From assembly GCF_009914755.1 (NCBI RefSeq), contig NC_060931.1: a stretch of 64,000 nt of DNA, one strand, 5' to 3'. The notes under the pieces are model-generated. The model was given only the letters and a program-made list of their open reading frames with translations. It was not told the DNA's origin and made no database searches. The translations under genes and the position numbers were made by a program. The DNA is from the human T2T-CHM13v2.0 reference genome, Homo sapiens. Of the stretch, positions 1 to 21,597 are shown one piece after another (the stretch's first letter is position 1; each line of letters starts with the position of its first letter).

Positions 1-3497
<3,497 letters not shown>

Positions 3498-4066
3498 AGT
3501 TTCAAAAGGATGAGAAACATTCTGGCATAGACACATCGAGTCTTTTAAATTCTTTGAGAAAACAGTCACAGGAAAGATGAAATATTTAGTAAAGTAAAAA
3601 GTTTTACAGAAATGCTCAACAATTTTCAATCAAATAAGACTATAACTGATAAAATGTTTCTGTCATGAAGTACCATTTCATAATATTTTTTAAAAAGGCA
3701 CATAATTTTCTTAAACTAAGAGTGACTCACTTGAGAGAAAGGCCATTTAAGCTGGTATATTAAATAGCCAATGTTTTAGAGAGGACAATTTTAACTATTG
3801 GTTTAACTATTAGAGTTTAGTATCTAAATGGCTGGTATATGCCATCCGAGGGGCAGGAAGAAAATAAATAAATAAAAAAGATTAAATGGCTAGTGTAATA
3901 CCTGAAAATAAATAAACTGGAAGCATCTGATTACATCCTGTGATCCTGAAACTATTTAAAATCAAGAAGACAAATCTTTTTCCTCATCATTGATTAGTAA
4001 AACTTTTAAAATGCAAAACAAATTTATAAAAAGGTTTCCTTACTGAAGAAGGAAATCAACTTTTAA

Positions 4067-4479
<413 letters not shown>

Positions 4480-6208
4480 TTACTTAGTCAAAGAGATTAA
4501 CTCTACATATGGTTAGAAAAAATAATGTTTTTATTTGGAGAATATATTTAAAACTCAGTATAAAACAAAACCCAAGAACAAATACAATTAAACCTGAAAG
4601 GGAAACATTTAATTCTACTGCTTCCTATTTCTCCAGATCCATGTTAGCTAAACATGTCACCTGTCACATTTTTAATGTCCTTTCACTAACATTTCCGGTG
4701 GACCTAATTTAAAAGAGAGAGTAGAATTACTCTGTGACACTTTGGAGGCATGTTTTACTGGCTACAGAATGGAACAATGAGTTTCTGAGTGGCTCTACAG
4801 AGCTTAGCCACACCCATCGCAAAGGAGACTAGTAAAGAAAGAAAGGAAAGGTGTCAGATGCAGATGATGGGAGCCTAGGCAGGATGGCATTGAGAAGAAA
4901 AAGAGAGTGAACAATGAAAGGAAGATAACTGTGAGGCAGGTATGCTGGGAAATTATAGAAGGAGCTCTATCAATAAAGAGACCCCTGACCTTGTGCCTCA
5001 AAATGGCCAAACATTTGGAGCATTCCACAAAGTCAATTTTGTAAAAACTTTGTTAGTTACATGCTTGCTAGTCTTCTATTTGTGAATGAATAAAACCCTA
5101 TCTAACAATTACTAATAATCATATATTTAATGCCACTGGAGGATTTAAAAATCATATACTTAGATATTTTCCAATAGTTGTACTTCTTTATTCCTTAGTA
5201 TCATTTTTAAAAATACGTGAAATGTTCCTTTTCATTTTCTTAACTAAAGTCATGAATCAATTCTGATTCATAATGGCATTACTTATCTTAAGCTACCCAA
5301 ATGAGGGGTTAAAGATTTGCCGTAATTATTATTGAGTGATTTTCCTGGATGACATCTAAGTATTCAAATAAAGAAAATGTTTCAAAAATTTATTTGTGGG
5401 TACTTAAAAACTAAATTATCATTAATTTAAAGTCTTCTCAATTTCCTTCTTTATTGACTTCAAGGAGGCATTTATGCAGATATGTGTTTACTGGAAGAAC
5501 CTTGATCTATTGGCTACATTTAAAAATCATGACAAAACCAAATTGAGTAAGTGAAGATATAGTTAAGAGGCTGACAGTGAAGCAGAGATGGCCAAATCTT
5601 TGATAGGACCACGTGCTGTTGCTTTCTACTTTTGATTCCCTCTGAATCACAGTAAGAATACACTGACCACCACATTACAGTCATTTTCTACACAACAAAG
5701 TGTAAGTACTAAAGAACCCTAACAAATACTTCATACCATTGAATGAAAAAAGGAGAAGAGCATTCATTCATCATAAGTAGAATCTTGCTGGGCAAAGAAT
5801 ATAAGGAGGACAGAACATGAGACACAATGATAAGGTGATTGCTAAAATATGCATCATGAGAGGTAAGAATAATCTAATAACAACTTTAAAAAATCTATTA
5901 CCTGGTGTTTGGCAACCAGAGGTATCTCAAAGAAAAACACACCTAAAAGTTCTCACAGAATTCTGTGAAGATTTTTTGCAGGGGAGAGATTGGGTGTGAA
6001 GGGAGCAATGCGTTTGCAACAAAATTTGACTTCTACATGAGCGAGACATCCTTAATGTATTTTAAAAAAAGCTATTTAAAAGAAACTCCAATTTATAACA
6101 TTTTCCCGCTAAAAATCCGAAGTTAAGACATTTTACTCATGTCAAACGTGCCACTCCTCAGCAATATTTTTGGTCACCTGCACTCAAAATTTATAAAAAG
6201 AAACTTAG

Positions 6209-6214
6209 TTTATT
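6209..6214 (-). terminator. Poly(A) signal AATAAA (3'UTR of about 0.6 kb)
   Basis: tttatt on the plus strand. Confidence 0.6.
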
Positions 6215-6725
6215 GCTTCAAGGAAATAAAAGACATCCACATTTTCCAAATTGTTATAAAAAGAAATAGTTATAGAAAAATTATTAAGAATAATAATAGA
6301 ATTATTAAATTCTACTGACTTCCTAAATTAGATCTGTTCAGTTTGCCTTATCTAACCCAGGCTAACCGACTGCCAACTTCTCACCTGCAAACACAGGCAT
6401 AGGTAGGGTCTTCTTCTGGAGTCCCTAGTGGACATGTGATAGCTGGCAACAAAAGTTGCATGAGAAACTGAAGTTTACTACTTAAAATAACCAAGTGAAT
6501 GATACAAACCCGGAACAGAAAGTAAAGCCTCTAGAAGAGGCTCTGCCAATTTTTAGCAATGTCTATGTATTTTAACCCTTGGATGTTAAAAATCCAATGT
6601 TAAGTATAAATTTTAGTTTGGGGAAAAATTATATCTAGTCTTTAACCACACAAGTGTTCTTTGGTTCACCTTAAAAAAAAAGAGAGTATTTTATTCAATT
6701 TAACATATAAGCAAACATATGTTCA

Positions 6726-6731
6726 TTTATT
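6726..6731 (-). terminator. Proximal poly(A) signal AATAAA (a second copy at 6690-6695)
   Basis: tttatt on the plus strand about 45 and 80 nt past the stop codon. Confidence 0.7.
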
Positions 6732-6774
6732 TTCCTTTTGTTGCTACTCTCCTGAACTCTCTCACTCATTTGTT

Positions 6775-6948
<174 letters not shown>

Positions 6949-6949
6949 C

Positions 6950-6980
<31 letters not shown>

Positions 6981-7729
6981 AAAAAGAAAAAAGAAAAAAA
7001 AAGAAAGAAAGAAAAAGAAAAAACAGAAAGAAGAATGAAAATCTGGGTGGTATAAATCTTTAAGAGTCCCATCACACTTTACAAGAAAGCACCTGAAATC
7101 TTACATTGTTTTCAGCATTGTCATAAATGCTTGGGAAAATATTTGTAAATAATTGGTATTTTTTCTTAAGAAGAAACTCTCTCTGTAAATTAAATGGGGA
7201 GAGTAATTCTTAGTCAGCTTTTATTTATATTTTAGATCATTTGTTAGTCTTGAAACAGTAAATAATAGAAATTTAAAACCAATTTTATACCTTTTTGTTA
7301 TAGACCACAAGTCTCTTTTGGGAAGAAGATGGAGTATAAATAAGTAAAGCACTTTATGACTATCTCTAAACAGAATTATCACAGCTACTTGCCCTTTAAA
7401 GAAACCTAGCCATGGGAAATGTTTTACATACACCTAATTGAAAGCAGAACCTCACAGACCCAGAGTGCTAGTAGCACATGAGAAGTGACAGGGGACAACC
7501 CAAGAGCAAAGATAGGAGAACTCGACAAATAGACCCCAATATATAAAATGCAGAAATTCACAATTTTAAGGCACAAAGAAACAGGTTATAATCCTTGAAG
7601 GCATACAGCATGATAATGCATGTTCATAATCATGAAACATGTTTAAAGGGCTTGGCATAATGCCTGGCCTATAATAAGCACTCAATAAAACCTTAGCAGC
7701 TATTATTATTACTTTTGTTATTGTCCTGA

Positions 7730-9240
<1,511 letters not shown>

Positions 9241-10794
9241 TGAGGTATCATACTACATTTTGTTTTCTGTCTTGTTTTCTTTTTCTCTCACCAATATCCA
9301 TGTCATCAATACAAAACTAACTTAATCTTAATGTCTTTTTCTTATTATAGTAAACATTCTTATATATATCTGAATACTTATGAAATAGGTTACATAGCAC
9401 AGATTTTTAGAAGTATTTTGAATTTATGGATTCTACCAAGGTCTTCCAAAATGCTGCCTTCCACCAAACCTTTAAAATTTTACATAGAATGCTCCTCCTC
9501 ACTTCCCAACATTGTTCCCAGTGCTGGATATTACCAACCTGAGAGGCGAAATTAAAATATATTTCACTGTTGTGTCTTTGCATTTTACTGACTGCCATGG
9601 AAATATTTACACCTTTTCCTAAGTTCATTCACCATTTGTATTTATTATGTGAATCACCTGTTCATATTCCCTTTGCCCATTTTCTATTGTTTGTTACTTA
9701 TTGATTTGGAGGAGTCCTTTGTATATTATAAACATTTACTTTTTGTTATATATGCTACAATTATTCTTTTTATCTTTCAATGTTATTTTTCTATATAGAA
9801 GTTTAAAAATTTTTAATGTACTCACATCTGCTAATTTTTTCCTTCTGAATTTTGTCTATTAAGAAAGCCTTTCCTACCTCAAAACTATAAAAATGATTTC
9901 ATATTTTATAAAACATATAGATCTTCAGCCATCTAAAATTTATGTGGCATATAACAGTATGGTGTGAAAAGATATCCTGTAACAAAAATTTCAAAATAAC
10001 ACTTTAAAGGGATAGCCTCCAATAATCTGGAAAGTTCACATATGCACTTCAGTTTTTGAAACCATGTAATTAATGAAATGTTATATTTAGAAGTATGGAG
10101 CTAAGCATTTTGCCCCTTTTAATATCATTTAAAAAGTGGGCCTAAGGATGTACTTTGCATTATTAATGTCAATAAACATTCTAAGTAAGAACCCGAGCAC
10201 CATGACGTGAAAAGAGAACATGGGACAGGGTCATGCTGAAGCTGCTCAGCAGCACTTGTCTCTCACCAGGACAGTCTCAACCCAGAGGTTTCCTGACTTA
10301 GAGAAACAAATAAAAAAATAAAAAGAAAAAATAAAAACTCTTCCTCAAAGGAACAGTAACTTTGAAACCTGATAAATGAAACTTATATCTACCCAGCCAA
10401 CCACTTAGCTTTCCCTTTCTTTTCTTAGGCAACACCCTGACAGACTTGTTAAAACCATCAATTTTATCTTCTTTCATTCTTTAGAGAAGAATAACATTTT
10501 TTAGATTTAAAAATAAAGGATGAGTGAATCTAATTCCTGTAACATTGACTTCTGTCTGAGTTACTCAGCTAGGACTGGGCATTCAAAGGCCTAAGAGTTC
10601 ATACATGAACACTCCAGTAATTATGGTAGCAGGGTTACTATGGGAAATAGCACTTCCCACTTGAAACTGTACTGATTCATCAAGGCATATTTATCCAGTG
10701 CTATCAGGAGCTCCCTAAGTATCAGAAAACATTGCATTTATATTATAATATCTACTACAGCTAAACTCTGTAAGCTAGTTGAGGTATTTAGATA

Positions 10795-11088
10795 TTTTTG
10801 TTTTGTTTTGTTTTAAACAGAGTCTCATTCTGTTGCCCTGGCTGGAATGCAGTGGTGTCATCTCAGCTCATTACAATCTCCACCTCCTGGGTTCAAGCGA
10901 TTCTCATGTCTCAGCCTCCTGAGTGGCTGGGATTACAGGCTCCTGCCACTATGCCCAGCTAATTTTTGTATTTTTAGTAGAGACGGTTTTCACCATGTTG
11001 GCCAGGCTGGTCTCGAACTCCTGACCTCAACTGATCTGCCTGCCTTGGCCTCCCAAAGTGTTGAGATTTGTAAGCCACGACACCTGGC
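10795..11088 (-). mobile_element. AluS
   Basis: Alu consensus with a (TTTTG)n tail. Confidence 0.88.
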
Positions 11089-11312
11089 CTTAGTTACAGT
11101 TCTTTTTGAAATTTGTTAACTTAAGGCTTTATCCTTCCAATATGGAAAAAAAAAAAAAAAAGCAGTGAGTTATCAAGAATTAGGTAAAGGCAGGCTGAGC
11201 TGACAAATGCCTTACTGCCTTTTCCTTTTTCTGCATCAGGCAGAAATGCCCCTCAAAAAGACCCAGTATTAAAGGAAAGCTTGAATCTGTTTACCACCAA
11301 GAAGAAATAAAG

Positions 11313-11766
11313 CAGTGGTTCACAAAATGTGGTCCGTGGACCACCAGGGGATCCACGAGGTCAAAACTATTTTTGTAATAACAATAAGATATCATTTGCC
11401 TTTTTTACTGTCATTATTTTACAAGCGTTAAGTAGAGTTTTTAGGGGTGACATGATGTGAGATATTGCAATGTGAGTGCAAAAGCGGAGAATCCAGCTGT
11501 CTTCTTTTTGCAAAGGGATTTGCAAAAAAAGTAAAACAATACAACTCCTCACTAATTTTTTTCTCTTAGATAATAGAACTGTTTTTTTCTAAATATTATT
11601 TAACATATTGGTTTACTATGTTTAATTCATTAATATTTTAAAAAATAGTTTTAATTTCTAATAAGGAATTAAAACTTATATAAACAAAAGCTCTTTGTGG
11701 GGGGGGGGGTCTTCGATAATTTTTAAATGTGTAAAAGAGTTCAAAGACTGAGAAGTCTGAGAACTG
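11313..11766. mobile_element. hAT-Charlie-type DNA transposon remnant
   Basis: Starts CAGTGGTTCACAAAATGTGGTCC and ends ...TGAGAACTG, resembling Charlie/MER TIRs. Confidence 0.55.
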
Positions 11767-11954
11767 ATGGACAAATGCAAAGTCTTTCTGAATATTTTGT
11801 ATTAGGACCCAAAATTTCTAGGTGTGCCACTGCTCAACCCTCATGAAGCCATCTTAATGTGTTTTCTTGTCTGGAGTCTGCACATAGAATCCAAACTCAT
11901 GAAATACACACTGTGTGCCCAAAAAAGTGCTCAGAAATCTGTCTATGAATGTTA

Positions 11955-12224
<270 letters not shown>

Positions 12225-13855
12225 TTACGATGTATGTATTACACCTCAATAAAAAGTTTTAAAAAACCAATGCCACATCATAGATGGTGGGAAACCCACA
12301 AAAGGAGTGCAAGCTCAAATCTTCATGATCCTTGGACTGTGGCAAAGGTTCTCTAATTGCTCCCCTGCTTTTGGTCTCTCTTTATCCAGTCCATTTTCCC
12401 ACTCACAGGGTAACCATCTAAAACAGATCTGACAGTGCCTCTTCTTTACTTTAAAAAAAAAAAAAATTTATTCAGCACTTCTTGTTGTTGGACGTTGTGT
12501 TAAGTCCTCTATATATGTGTAGGGAAAACCAAAAAGGTTAACATTTTAGCAGTCGTTTTGGCATCTGCATCTTAAGCCCTTTTATTGTGGAAACGCTAAT
12601 GGGCCACTTGGTTATACAAACCAGAGCCTCCGCCAGAGGAGAGAAGGGGAAGCCATTAGGAGCTAAAATCTGTTTAACGAAATAAAAAGGCTTGTCTTCC
12701 CTGGATTCAGAGATTTATAATTTTTTCTAATTTCTTAATTTCCTAATATTTTGCCTCTTTTGAGGGCAGGCAGGGATAGATGTTAGGAGTCTTGGGACTC
12801 AGGGAGGACAGCCTGAGAGAAGGGCTTTTGGTCTTAGAGGGAATAGGTGCAACAGGGGGAGAGTAGAGGCTAAAGTGGAGAAAGCCCATAAAAGATCCCT
12901 GCTACAGGGCAGAGCTGATGAATTTTAGAAACCGCCAAGCTTGATACATTGTGTTATTTCCTGTTTGGTGCTGTAATGACCCTTGTTTAACTGCCAGGCA
13001 TTAGTAAAGCTTTGATTGCAATGTGGCCTCTATGTAGTAGAGGTTAAAGGATGAACCTTGGAAAGAGTTACTGAATTGAGGGGATTACAGTTTTCTTTCA
13101 CAATGCCCCCTACTGAAGCTACACCATCATAACATCATCATTTTAATGGAAGACAGCAGTCTTAGAATTTTGGGAGCAACCTGGAATAATATGTTGGAGC
13201 AACAAGTGACAAGCAACAGCCAGGAGAATGTAAAGCACTTCAAACAGGGGTCTTCAAAGTTGAGAGAAAGGATCTGGAGTTCCTATAGTCATATATTATG
13301 GACAGCAATTCAGGTATTCTTACTTGGCTATCAGTGGAAAAGGTGGCCCTGAAAGGCCAAAAAACGTTGGGACACTTGGATTCTAGATATCATCTAATAC
13401 TCAAAAAAGAATTCTACAAGGTTGGTGTTGACTCTGTTTTACAGATAAGGAATCCAATGCTCAAATAAATTAAGTAACTTGCCCGAGATAATACAGTTAA
13501 GTAAGTAACAGGATTTGTAGAGAAGACTATCCCAATACAAAGCTACTTTTAACTTTTTTATTGCCGCTGCTCCTACTCTGCTTATAATGCCCTCCCTCAC
13601 CCTTCTCTAGCTACCTGAAACCCAGATGATCAGGCCTAACTGAAAGGTAACCATGCTTATCATACCTTTCTTTACACACCTAGAAGTAATAATGGTCCTT
13701 CTTCCCACCACTAGCTGTGATGATCATTTACTGCCTTGTATGGTTATTAATCTTTTTGTGATATGTATCTTATCTAAGTTCTCCAATGAGACTATGGGTG
13801 CTCAGGCAGAGAGATTGTGACTCATACATACATATTTTAAAAAAATTCTTAAAGA

Positions 13856-14685
<830 letters not shown>

Positions 14686-14843
14686 TAAGGGAATTAATTT
14701 CTACAACTATCAACTTACTGGTATCCCCTTTGAAAAAACTGATTTGCCAGAGAACCACTCAAGTGGAAGTGTAACACTTATCTTGCTTTCCCATTTTCCC
14801 TGTTATAACTGCCCTTCTACCACTTTACAAAAGGCACACCTTT

Positions 14844-15908
<1,065 letters not shown>

Positions 15909-16178
15909 GGCACACCTTTTACCCATATGTAACCTAACTATAGTATACATTGTCCCAGGGTGTAAAAACCTCTGGGGCAACAAAGAGACATTTCTAAATA
16001 CTGGTGTCAAACTGGGCTCCAACGAATGGGTAACGAGTCTGTTGGTTTCCAATTCTTTACTTTCAAAAATATTAATTGAAATGTCAGCTGAGCTTTTAAA
16101 ACATTTTTAATGACAAGTTACTATGTAAATTTTGGTACATTATAGGAATGAGCTCAGATGATTGAGTGATATATAGTA

Positions 16179-16750
16179 TGTGGTAAAGAATTAACCTTGC
16201 CCAAAGAGAGAGCTAGCCTTTGCTCTTGGCTCCTGGGAGGTAATCACTAAGTCCTTGAAATGTCCTGCCTGATCAGAGTGTCTGTTTATCTGGGGGCCAT
16301 GGGCCATGCCAGACAGACTGTGCTAACAATGTGATTTATAGAGGGCTCTGGGTCATGTGGCATCAGCTTGACCTCTGCAGGAGCTGGAAACTAAGGTCAG
16401 CCCCGCAGGTGGTTAATCATATGACTGAACCCCAATAAAAACTCTAGACTCCAAGGCTCAGGTGAGCTTCCCTGGTTGGCAATAATCCATGTGTGTTGTC
16501 ACACATTGCTACTGGAAGCTCTGTCCACAACTCCATTGGGAGAGGGTGACAGGAAGCTCCAACAAGAACGCTTCTGAATTCTGTCCTATGAGTCTCTTCC
16601 CTTGTTAATTTTGATCTGTATTCTTTCATTGTAATAAACTGTAACTGTGAATGTAACAGTTGTCAGTGAGTCTTGAGCAGCTTTCAGTGAGTTTTCAGCA
16701 AGTCCTTTTAACAAACCTGAAGCTGGTCTTGGGGACTACTAAACTCTGCA
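16179..16750 (+). mobile_element. ERVL-class solo LTR (MER21/MER68/MER77 group)
   Basis: TG...CA ends; CCCCAATAAAAAC...CCAAGGCTCAGGTGAGCTTCCCTGGTTGGCAATA motif. Confidence 0.65.
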
Positions 16751-18039
16751 TGTGATTATAACAAAACTCCTGCCTTTGTCATCTTCTTATAATTTAGATA
16801 AAATTTCTCAGTATTTACCTCTTTAAAAATGAAATATGGAAAGAATCAATACTAAGTCTTAGTATCTAGTGTCCTAACAAAAAAGTTGTATTTATCCACA
16901 GATACATACATTAATTGAAGGGAAAAGAAAAGCCCCATGTCATTCATTAAGATACATATTTCCAATATAATTTTACATTCTATGTTTCCATATATCAAAA
17001 CTTATATGCTACTTTCATCAGTTATATATTACTTGCAACAAAAACATAATTCAGAATTAAAAAATTAATAATCAGAGCTTGAAGTCACAATTTTGTAAAA
17101 TTCTAAATTTAAATTTATATACATACTTTTATTGCAGAGATGTAACTTAGGTAATCAATAAAAGGCTTTAAAACATACAAATATGTTACATTAGGATGAA
17201 GTTCTGTGACAGAAACAATACAAATAGTTTGAAGAGAAAAAAGGAACCATGTAAAACTTCCAGAAATTAATGAAGAGCTTCAGTATTTTTTAATAGGCAT
17301 AAAATCGGTATGGTTTTTAGATTTTGATGTATATATTTCAAAAAGAGGGATATATATGTATCTAATATAGTAGTCTTATTTTAAAATGTTAATAGAATAT
17401 ACTGGAAATTACATTCTTTGCAATTATTTAAACTTAAGATAAAAACTTTTAGATGCCAACTTAAAAAATATACAAGGAGATACATAGTTTTTCAAGAGTC
17501 TTTCAGGAGGAATGTGAGAAAAAAAATCAAAGACAACTCTCATGTTTTTATACATCCCACAGAATTTAGTTAGTGCAGAGCAGAAAGCAGGAAACTTTCA
17601 GTATCTGCTGGGGTGGGGTGCAGAGGCTGACTGATGAAGAAACAGAAAGAAGAAAAAAGGGAAGTTTTTCCTGGATGTTATTCATGGACAGAAGATTCAT
17701 GTGGCACATACACAACGAAACCAATACCCCAGCTTCAAATTCTGGGACTGATTTTTCATACTTTCAATACACACTCAGTACTCCTGGTGTCTCGACCCTG
17801 TCAATTCACTCCATGGTATTACTGGAGCTCATGTCTGCTCATTTTCAGTATCACCCCCAGCACGGCCTCAACAGAACTGCACATGCCATTGAGAGCAGAG
17901 CCTGGGTTTTGTTTTATTCATTTTGAATCCTTCTATATTCCATAGTGCTTTGCATATAGTTGGTATTGAAAACATTTTCTATTAAAATAATTTGCCTACT
18001 GATAAGAGACTAGTACTTACTTCCTGTTTCTTCAGATCT

Positions 18040-18357
18040 TGTGCTTAGAACCTAGCAACCACGCTGTGAGAAAGACCAATGAAGAGGTCCTTGAAGACCT
18101 GCGAAGAGGTCCACAAGGAAAAGCTCATGTGGAGAATAACTGAGCTTCTAGCTTCTAGCTAGCACCAACTTGCCAGGTACATGAATGAGCCACTTCTGAG
18201 TAGATCCTTTTAACACCCCGTAAATCTACTCTAGTCAATACGGTGTGAAACAGGTAAGAATCTTCCTCACAGAGAAAAGCCCAACCTACAGATTCATATT
18301 TTAAGCTACTACATTCTGGGTGGTTTGTTATGCAGCAATTATAACTGGAATAATACA
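18040..18357 (+). mobile_element. MaLR (MLT1-type) LTR fragment
   Basis: 3' motif TTTAAGCTACTA...GGTGGTTTGTTATGCAGCAAT...AACTGGAATA. Confidence 0.6.
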
Positions 18358-18726
18358 CTTGAAATAACAGATATATGCTATCTATTCTTCAAAGAAGACA
18401 CGGCACTTCTACTCCAAGGAACGAAAGCCATAAAGGTATAGTCAATATACTTAAGTGAGCACATTATTAATCCCAATTTACAAGAGAAAATGCACTGAAG
18501 GAGGGAAGAACAGGGTGATTAGAGAGAAAAATGTTAGAATGATAAAGAGAGTGGGGGGATGACAAAGTGATTTCCCAGACTTTAGTGCTAGGGTGAATAA
18601 AGGTAAAAAGGCACACTACTTTGCAAAGAGCTAAGAGAACTATTTTAGAAAAGAATCTGATTTTTGAAGCTGGAAGAAATTCTTAGCCGAATTCCCTTAT
18701 TTTGCAGGTAATTGAAAAAAGAAAAA

Positions 18727-19041
18727 AGGCCAGGTGCAGTGGTTCACGCCTGTAATCCCAGCACTTTGGCAGGCTGAGGCGGGCAGATCATCAGGTTAGG
18801 AGTTTGAGCCCAGCCTGACCAACATGGTGAAACCCCTGTCTCTACCAAAAATACAAAAAAATTAGCTGGGTGTAGTGCTGCGTGCCTGTAATCCCAGCTA
18901 CTCGGGAGGCTGAGGCAGAAGAATCGCTAACATGGGAGGCAGAGGTTGCAGTGAGCTGAGATCAGGCCACTGCATTCCAGCCTGGGCGACACAGCAAGAC
19001 TCCGTCTTGGAAAAAAAAAAAAAGAAAAAAGAAAAAAAAAA
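18727..19041 (+). mobile_element. AluS
   Basis: Alu consensus with an A-rich tail. Confidence 0.9.
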
Positions 19042-19544
19042 GATACCCAGAGAGGTAGGTAGACCTAGTCTACCTACCTGAGTCCAAGGCCTGCCATTAC
19101 ATCACACTGCTTTACCAGCTGTGCTCTGAATTTACAGGCAAAATCTGCCACCTCAGACTATGGGTATGAGAGTCTAGGGGAATGGTATTCACATTGCATA
19201 GTAAAGAATATTCCTGGATTCTTAAACAGAAGTCTAATCTGAGAGCTATGGAGATCCAAGTATTATAGATAGCAAAAGAAAAATCAAAGGATGAATGGAG
19301 CAATACCTGGGGCAGCTTCACTGAGGATGGCCAGAGTTAACCCTTCAAAATGTGGAGTTTCATAGAAAGTACTATTTGACGTAAGTAGACTAGGGGGTAA
19401 TGAAGCAGAATGGGGGTAGTTGTAAGAGGACATCATTCTTTTACCTCCTTCTTCTCCATTAAATACTTAACTTGGTTTCAGACTAGCAAATTCCAGAAGG
19501 TTCTAACTATACTATTAGAAAGAATTAACTAGTAAAGGCCTTAC

Positions 19545-19626
19545 CCTTCTGTTGGTCACACATTCCTCTCATGGAGAGTAAGCCCTTGCCACATCATTTA
19601 TTATACTCCCATGGAGGACAAAGCAC
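19545..19626 (-). other. BRAF: Candidate 82-nt alternative poison exon in intron 16 (VLCPPWEYNK*)
   Basis: Acceptor cattttAG (19627-19628) and strong donor AGG|GTAAGG (19543-19544); in-frame TGA at 19594-19596 after phase-0 exon 16. Confidence 0.65.
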
Positions 19627-20529
19627 CTAAAATGCCAAGAAGTGGATGAGAGAAGAACTCTGGGATGCTTTTATCTGTATTTTGGAGATAATACTTGTTT
19701 CTATATTATAATTTTATTATTGTACTAAGATAAACGTATTCACTGACAAATGAATTTCATCCAGATCTTAGGTTCATAAATTTTTATTAATTTGTAGTCT
19801 ATATGATAAATCAACTGAAACTAAACTAAAAATCCATAATTCCTCCAGAAAAATATTATATACAGGAAAAGTGAACATGGTACAGGCTGTTATGCTGTAT
19901 GATTGAATAAATAAGACTGTAAAAGACAGAGGACATGAAGCTTGTAAATTAGAGACCATTTTGCTACCCCAACTGCCATTGTCAAATCAATCATTTCAGT
20001 GATCTAGATCTATCACAAGTACAGTAAGTACAATGTTTCAATTATGTTCTTTAGCTGAAATTTCAGTCCATCCTGAATCTAAGTTTCCTGCAGGCTTAAA
20101 ACATCAGATCCAAAGTCATGTTGTTACACACTCAAAGCTAAGACTCAACATTCTAAAGCTATGAAGTAGTTAGAAAGGCCAACACCAACTAAAATTTAGT
20201 TTTATAATGAACTGGGTAGAAATGTAGCCATTTTTAAAAACCATCAAACACAGTCAAGACCACTGTTGTGTAAGGGGCATATGGTGATTCAGTAAGTACA
20301 CACACAAAGTACATGGTAACTTAAGAGATTATTTCTCCGATATCACAATAGGTGAAGTGAGAAAGCTACTCAGAGCTAGCACCAAAAAGATAGAGCTGAG
20401 CTCTTGACAAAACAGACAAATCACTTAAATGAAGCAGTAACATTTATATACAAAAACTACCATTTCATTAGGTTGGGAAGTTATGAAATACCTAAAAAGC
20501 CTGCACTGTTTTTAAAAAAAATCTTTAGA

Positions 20530-20680
20530 TTGGTGATTCTCAACTTTGGTCTGTATTAGAATCACCTGGGAAACAGAAAAAAATGCAGGTGATTGGACCC
20601 TCCCCATTTAATTACAATCTGCTCCAGTTTCTCCATTTTTAAGCAAAATTTCCAGGTGATTCTGAGGCAAATCACAGCAT
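20530..20680. mobile_element. MER5-type hAT MITE (similar copies at ~22590-22727 and ~31982-32133)
   Basis: GTGATTCTCAA...AGAATCACCTGG...CCAGGTGATTCTGA motifs. Confidence 0.6.
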
Positions 20681-21465
20681 AAAGTCGAAATATTCTTTAA
20701 TCAGAGTTTATGTGGTCAACTAGTGTTTTCTAATATATTAACAGTGTAACTGTTGTAATCTCTCTACACACACAATCACAAATCTTTTAAAATGTAGTTA
20801 TCCAAGGTAATTTTAGTAAAGATAATTCACTTTTCTTGGCCAATTTTAAAAGTCTAAGCGAGCCTACTGAGGCAGAGATAGAAAAGGCTAAGAGCTCCAT
20901 GAGGCTATGTTAGTACCTTTTGGAAGGTAAGGGACAGGGAATAGTTGCTTAGGAAGGAAAAGAAGTAAAAAATTACCCTCCTACTAGCATTCTCATTATA
21001 GAAAAATCAAAGCATGATTTCTTCCATTTACCTAGTTTTAAAAATTAAAGATTTCAAGAAACCTTAGTAATTTTAAAAGAATTTAATATAAAGATCTCAT
21101 AGCTGAGTACCTGTTCTGACAGCACAATCTGTGATACAGTGAAAAGTATAATGCCCAGATGCTATAGTAGCAGAGCTCATTCTTCTAATTGTGCGATGGT
21201 CAAGAAATATCCATTCTTGTAACTGTAGTTTCTAGTCAGAAAATCAGGAATTTTATTCCATTGTAACATTCATGACTGATATTCTGAGGAAAGGACTTAA
21301 CGTGTTGCTATTACTGCCAAAAGTATACAAACGATTTCTAAAACTGGTAACAAAAAATCAAGAAATCTATCCTTCACGCTTACCCAGGAGTTAACACTTA
21401 TTTTCTACAACTGGAGCCTTGTATATAGACGGTAAAATAAACACCAAGACGTGGTAAATATTTAC

Positions 21466-21597
21466 CTGGTCCCTGTTGTTGATGTTTGAATAAGGTAACT
21501 GTCCAGTCATCAATTCATACAGAACAATTCCAAATGCATATACATCTGACTGAAAGCTGTATGGATTTTTATCTTGCATTCTGATGACTTCTGGTGC
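21466..21597 (-). CDS. BRAF: BRAF exon 16 (132 nt), [44 protein letters not shown]
   Basis: AG at 21598-21599, GT at 21464-21465; kinase APE and SDVYAFG motifs. Confidence 0.98.

Noticed and set aside
12517-13089. Possible ancient LTR (TG...CA-bounded, purine-rich interior)
   Set aside because: No TSD or family-diagnostic motif that I can recognise with confidence; needs a Dfam search.
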